A stretch of 42,481 bases of DNA, taken from the NCBI GenBank assembly GCA_048772705.1, contig JBLWGC010000105.1, forward strand, positions 1-42,481. The letters are read 5' to 3'. This stretch comes from Leidyana gryllorum EB-2025a. Lineage: Eukaryota; Protista; Apicomplexa. A model generated the notes under the pieces. The model had not been told where the DNA came from and searched no databases. It saw only the letters and a program-made list of their open reading frames with translations. Positions 40,069-42,481 of the stretch are shown in pieces (position 1 is the stretch's first letter; each line of letters opens with the position of its first letter). Made by a program: the position numbers and the translations under genes.

Positions 40069-40563
40069 GGAGCGCCCTTGGCTCGCCACTTTACACGCTT
40101 TCTGTCTGTGAAGTCTCGAGAAGGGAGGACTTTTGGGGTTGACGACCGGAGTATGGAATGGAACAGGAGCCTCAGACGAATTACGTTGTAAGAAGTCCAC
40201 TCCTCAACTCCGGGTGGGATGGCATTTACCCGTCGAATATCTGATGCCACCACTACAATCAGGTGGGTTGTAATGTAAGCACCCCGGGCCGTGATAGTAC
40301 TTCGGGGCGGTACACCGCACCCAGAACGACATCTTCAACCCCAAAAGCCTCCCTTCTCGAGACTTCGCGAACAGAAAACGTGTAAAGTGGCGAGCCAAGA
40401 ACACTCCGGCAAGATGGCCGAGTGGTCCAAGGCGCTGTGTTAAGGCCGCCGTCCGAGAGAGCGTGGGTTCGGATCCCACTCTTGTCAGCCGTTGTATCGG
40501 CCCTCGGTCAGCCACTGGATGCAATGAGTCTTCCATGTAGAGCGGATGAGCGGATGAGCGGAT

Positions 40564-40636
40564 GGGCGGCTAGCTCAGATGGTAGAGCGCTCGCTTCGCA
40601 CGCGAGAGGTATTGGGATCGATACCCAGGTCGTCCA
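40564..40636 (+). tRNA. trnA: tRNA-Ala(CGC)
   Basis: G3:U70; TT-CGC-AC. Confidence 0.85.
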
Positions 40637-40751
40637 AAGTACGTACGGCTGCACGTGGCGGGATCCAAACAAACTTACATCTTTGAAGGGTCGCAGACCA
40701 CAAGTGCCATTGGGAGAGCAGCGCAGTCAGTGTTTAGTGTGCCTCTGAAAC

Positions 40752-40824
40752 CGGTCCTGGCAGGTTTCGAACCTGCGACTTTGTGGTTAACAGCCACACG
40801 TTCTGCCGACTGAGCTACAAGACC
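40752..40824 (-). tRNA. trnN: tRNA-Asn(GTT)
   Basis: Inverted copy of 35424-35496. Confidence 0.83.
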
Positions 40825-40941
40825 CAGCTACAATGGTTCAGAGGTTAGTATAGAGATCCTCCTTTTTCTACCGCAGGATTCTGCAATCACGTCTTGTCAA
40901 GAGGGTACAGCTCTTGGCTAAAGCTGCAGCTGATTGAGTTG

Positions 40942-41014
40942 TCCACTGTAGTCTAAGTGGCTAGGATATGCGGCTTTCACCCGCACGATCCGGGTTCAAG
41001 TCCCGGCAGTGGAA
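40942..41014 (+). tRNA. trnE: tRNA-Glu(TTC)
   Basis: Intact. Confidence 0.92.
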
Positions 41015-41090
41015 GTCATTGGACCATTCGAGCAAAGTGCTCCAGTAACCTCCGTCAATAGTGACTGATTCGTGATCTTTGGCTTGCATT

Positions 41091-41162
41091 GCCTTCTTAG
41101 CTTAGGGGCAGAGCATTCGCTTAGTAAGCGAAAGGTCGCAGGTTCGATTCCGGCAGAAGGCT
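41091..41162 (+). tRNA. trnT: tRNA-Thr(AGT)
   Basis: One T-stem mismatch. Confidence 0.85.
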
Positions 41163-41340
41163 CGACTGAATCGAATGGGCACCTGCAAGCTTATCGCAAC
41201 TCCAATCATCGTAGCTGAGCCTCGTAGCTCATAGCCACGAAGTCGCAGGTTTGGAACCTGCCAGTCGCGTGTTGCATGTGTCCAGTTGACGGAGCGCTAG
41301 TCCGGATGGCTCTACCGCCTCTTTTGGGATGGGCTGAACC

Positions 41341-41412
41341 GGTTGCGTGGTGTAGTGGTTAGCACTGGAGACTTAGAATCTCCCGACCTGGGTTCGATTC
41401 CCGGCGCGACCT
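41341..41412 (+). tRNA. tRNA-Gln body with TAG (Leu-type) anticodon
   Basis: GGAGA CT-TAG-AA TCTCC; otherwise matches Gln(TTG) at 34856-34927. Confidence 0.75.
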
Positions 41413-41476
41413 TGGCACTGGTCCTCCGTACTCCTTCAAATTTCGCCACTTCTCTTGGGCTGCAGGGACCATCCGT

Positions 41477-41549
41477 GCAGCAATGGTCTAGTGGTTACGA
41501 CGTCTGCTTTGCACGCAGAAGGTCCCGAGTTCGATCCTCGGTGGCTGTA
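41477..41549 (+). pseudogene. tRNA-Val body with TGC anticodon
   Basis: Third copy. Confidence 0.75.
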
Positions 41550-41604
41550 GCTCGCAACTTCCAGCGGCAACCAAAGGAGACAATCTTAAGCGGAATCAAC
41601 TATG

Positions 41605-41676
41605 CTCCAAAACCGGGCATCGAGTCCGGGTCTTCCGCGTCACAGGCGGAAGTACTAACCACTATACTATCTCGGA
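41605..41676 (-). pseudogene. tRNA-Asp body with GTG anticodon
   Basis: Third copy. Confidence 0.75.
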
Positions 41677-41998
41677 CGCTTGCAAACACGCCGCCATTCA
41701 GCCTCAGACGTCTTACCAGTTTCGAGATTCCATGGACAAAAACCGCGTGGAGCGGCAAGCCAAAAACACTGTGTTAAGGCCGCAGTCCGCAAGGGCGTGG
41801 GTTCGAATCCCACTCTTGTCAGCCGTTGTGTGGGCAGTCGGTCAGCCACTGCATCCAATAGGTCTTCCATGTAGTGCGCATGCTAAGCGAGCGCTCTACC
41901 ATTTGAGCTAGTTGTCCCTTGTGCACACTCCATCGCATTTGTTGGTTCTCAACATAGTATGTCTCAACTGTCCTCAGCGGGTTGCACGACCAACAGGC

Positions 41999-42070
41999 GG
42001 CTGTTTGGTCTAGTAGTATGATCCTTCCTTAGGGTGGAAGGAGTCCTGGGTTCAATTCCCAGAACAGCCC
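41999..42070 (+). tRNA. trnP: tRNA-Pro(AGG), variant
   Basis: Inverted copy of 39740-39811. Confidence 0.75.
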
Positions 42071-42207
42071 TCTTGGTTGTCGGTTGACCCGCTGGGATAA
42101 GCAGTTTTAGAAGTAACACAGCCAGCCACCTCGTTACCACTTCGGCACTCAAGGCAATTAACATCTCAAGAATCGCATTCCTGCTCCCTCTTCCATGTTG
42201 CAGACTA

Positions 42208-42279
42208 AGCAGTGTAGCTCAGTGGAAGAGTGTTGGGCTCATAACCCAAAGGTCCGTCGATCGAAACGACGCACTGCTA
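42208..42279 (+). tRNA. trnMi: initiator tRNA-Met(CAT)
   Basis: AGCAGTGTAGCTCAGTGGAAGAGTGTTGGGCTCATAACCCAAAGGTCCGTCGATCGAAACGACGCACTGCTA. Confidence 0.93.
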
Positions 42280-42328
42280 AGTGTGCGCAGGAGGGAAACA
42301 GCTATAGAATTGTTTGGGTCGTGACCAA

Positions 42329-42400
42329 AGCCTTCTGCCGGAATCGAACCGGCGACCTTTCGCTTACTAAGCGAATGCTCTGCCCCTAAGGTAAGAAGGC
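42329..42400 (-). tRNA. trnT: tRNA-Thr(AGT), variant
   Basis: G10 changed to C. Confidence 0.78.
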
Positions 42401-42481
42401 AATGCAAGCCAAAGATCACGAGTCAGTCACTATTGACGGAGGTTACTGGAGCACTTTGCTCGAATGGTCCAATGACTTCCA

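Larger units (their letters stand above)
1..42481. repeat. Shuffled multi-isotype tRNA gene/pseudogene array covering the whole window
   Basis: Well over 100 recognisable tRNA bodies in recurring modules, with homologous spacers repeated in both orientations. Confidence 0.97.
41769..42481 (-). repeat. Right arm of inverted repeat (runs off the window end)
   Basis: Reverse complement of 39329-40041. Confidence 0.92.

Noticed and set aside
53-42419. All ORFs in the six-frame track (60-175 aa), including recurring ones such as 19334-19861 and 35987-36514
   Set aside because: They overlap tRNA genes and show typical tRNA-translation motifs (GFEP, GSNP, GIEPGSS, PGSIPG). They recur because the DNA is duplicated, and no protein domain is recognisable.
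1-42481. Prokaryotic, phage or organellar tRNA array
   Set aside because: Eukaryotic initiator tRNA, many A34 anticodons, C1:G72 Tyr with a canonical intron, no encoded CCA, mixed strands and abundant pseudogenes.
1-42481. CRISPR array or tRNA-derived SINE family
   Set aside because: Repeats are tRNAs of many isotypes and the spacers are themselves repeated. There is no constant repeat with unique spacers and no common SINE body, tail or TSD.

Overview
This window has no credible protein-coding gene. The ORF track consists of chance translations of tRNA sequence. The whole 42.5 kb is a very dense eukaryotic nuclear tRNA gene and pseudogene field, with roughly one tRNA or tRNA relic every 150-250 bp on both strands. 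No CCA is encoded. A34-type anticodons are present (AGC, AAC, AGG, AGT, AAT, AAG, AGA, ACG), along with a eukaryotic initiator tRNA-Met and an intron-containing tRNA-Tyr. All 20 amino acids are represented. The genes sit in recurring multi-tRNA modules such as Leu-Asp-Val-Gln, ArgTCG-psiPro-GlyTCC-Leu, GlyGCC-Ser-psiLys and Glu-Thr-iMet-Pro. These modules have been duplicated, inverted and re-spliced in blocks of 0.5-5 kb. From memory, the tRNA bodies resemble alveolate (apicomplexan/Perkinsus/dinoflagellate-like) tRNAs, but I could not verify this. Notable items are a 7-nt tRNA-Tyr intron, several anticodon-switched genes, a general lack of oligo-dT Pol III terminators, a ~555-bp solo-LTR-like insertion, a dinoflagellate spliced-leader-like 16-mer, and a ~1-kb mosaic segment that is probably an assembly artefact. 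Coordinates were counted by hand and may be off by 1-2 nt. Many additional heavily decayed tRNA relics are not listed individually.
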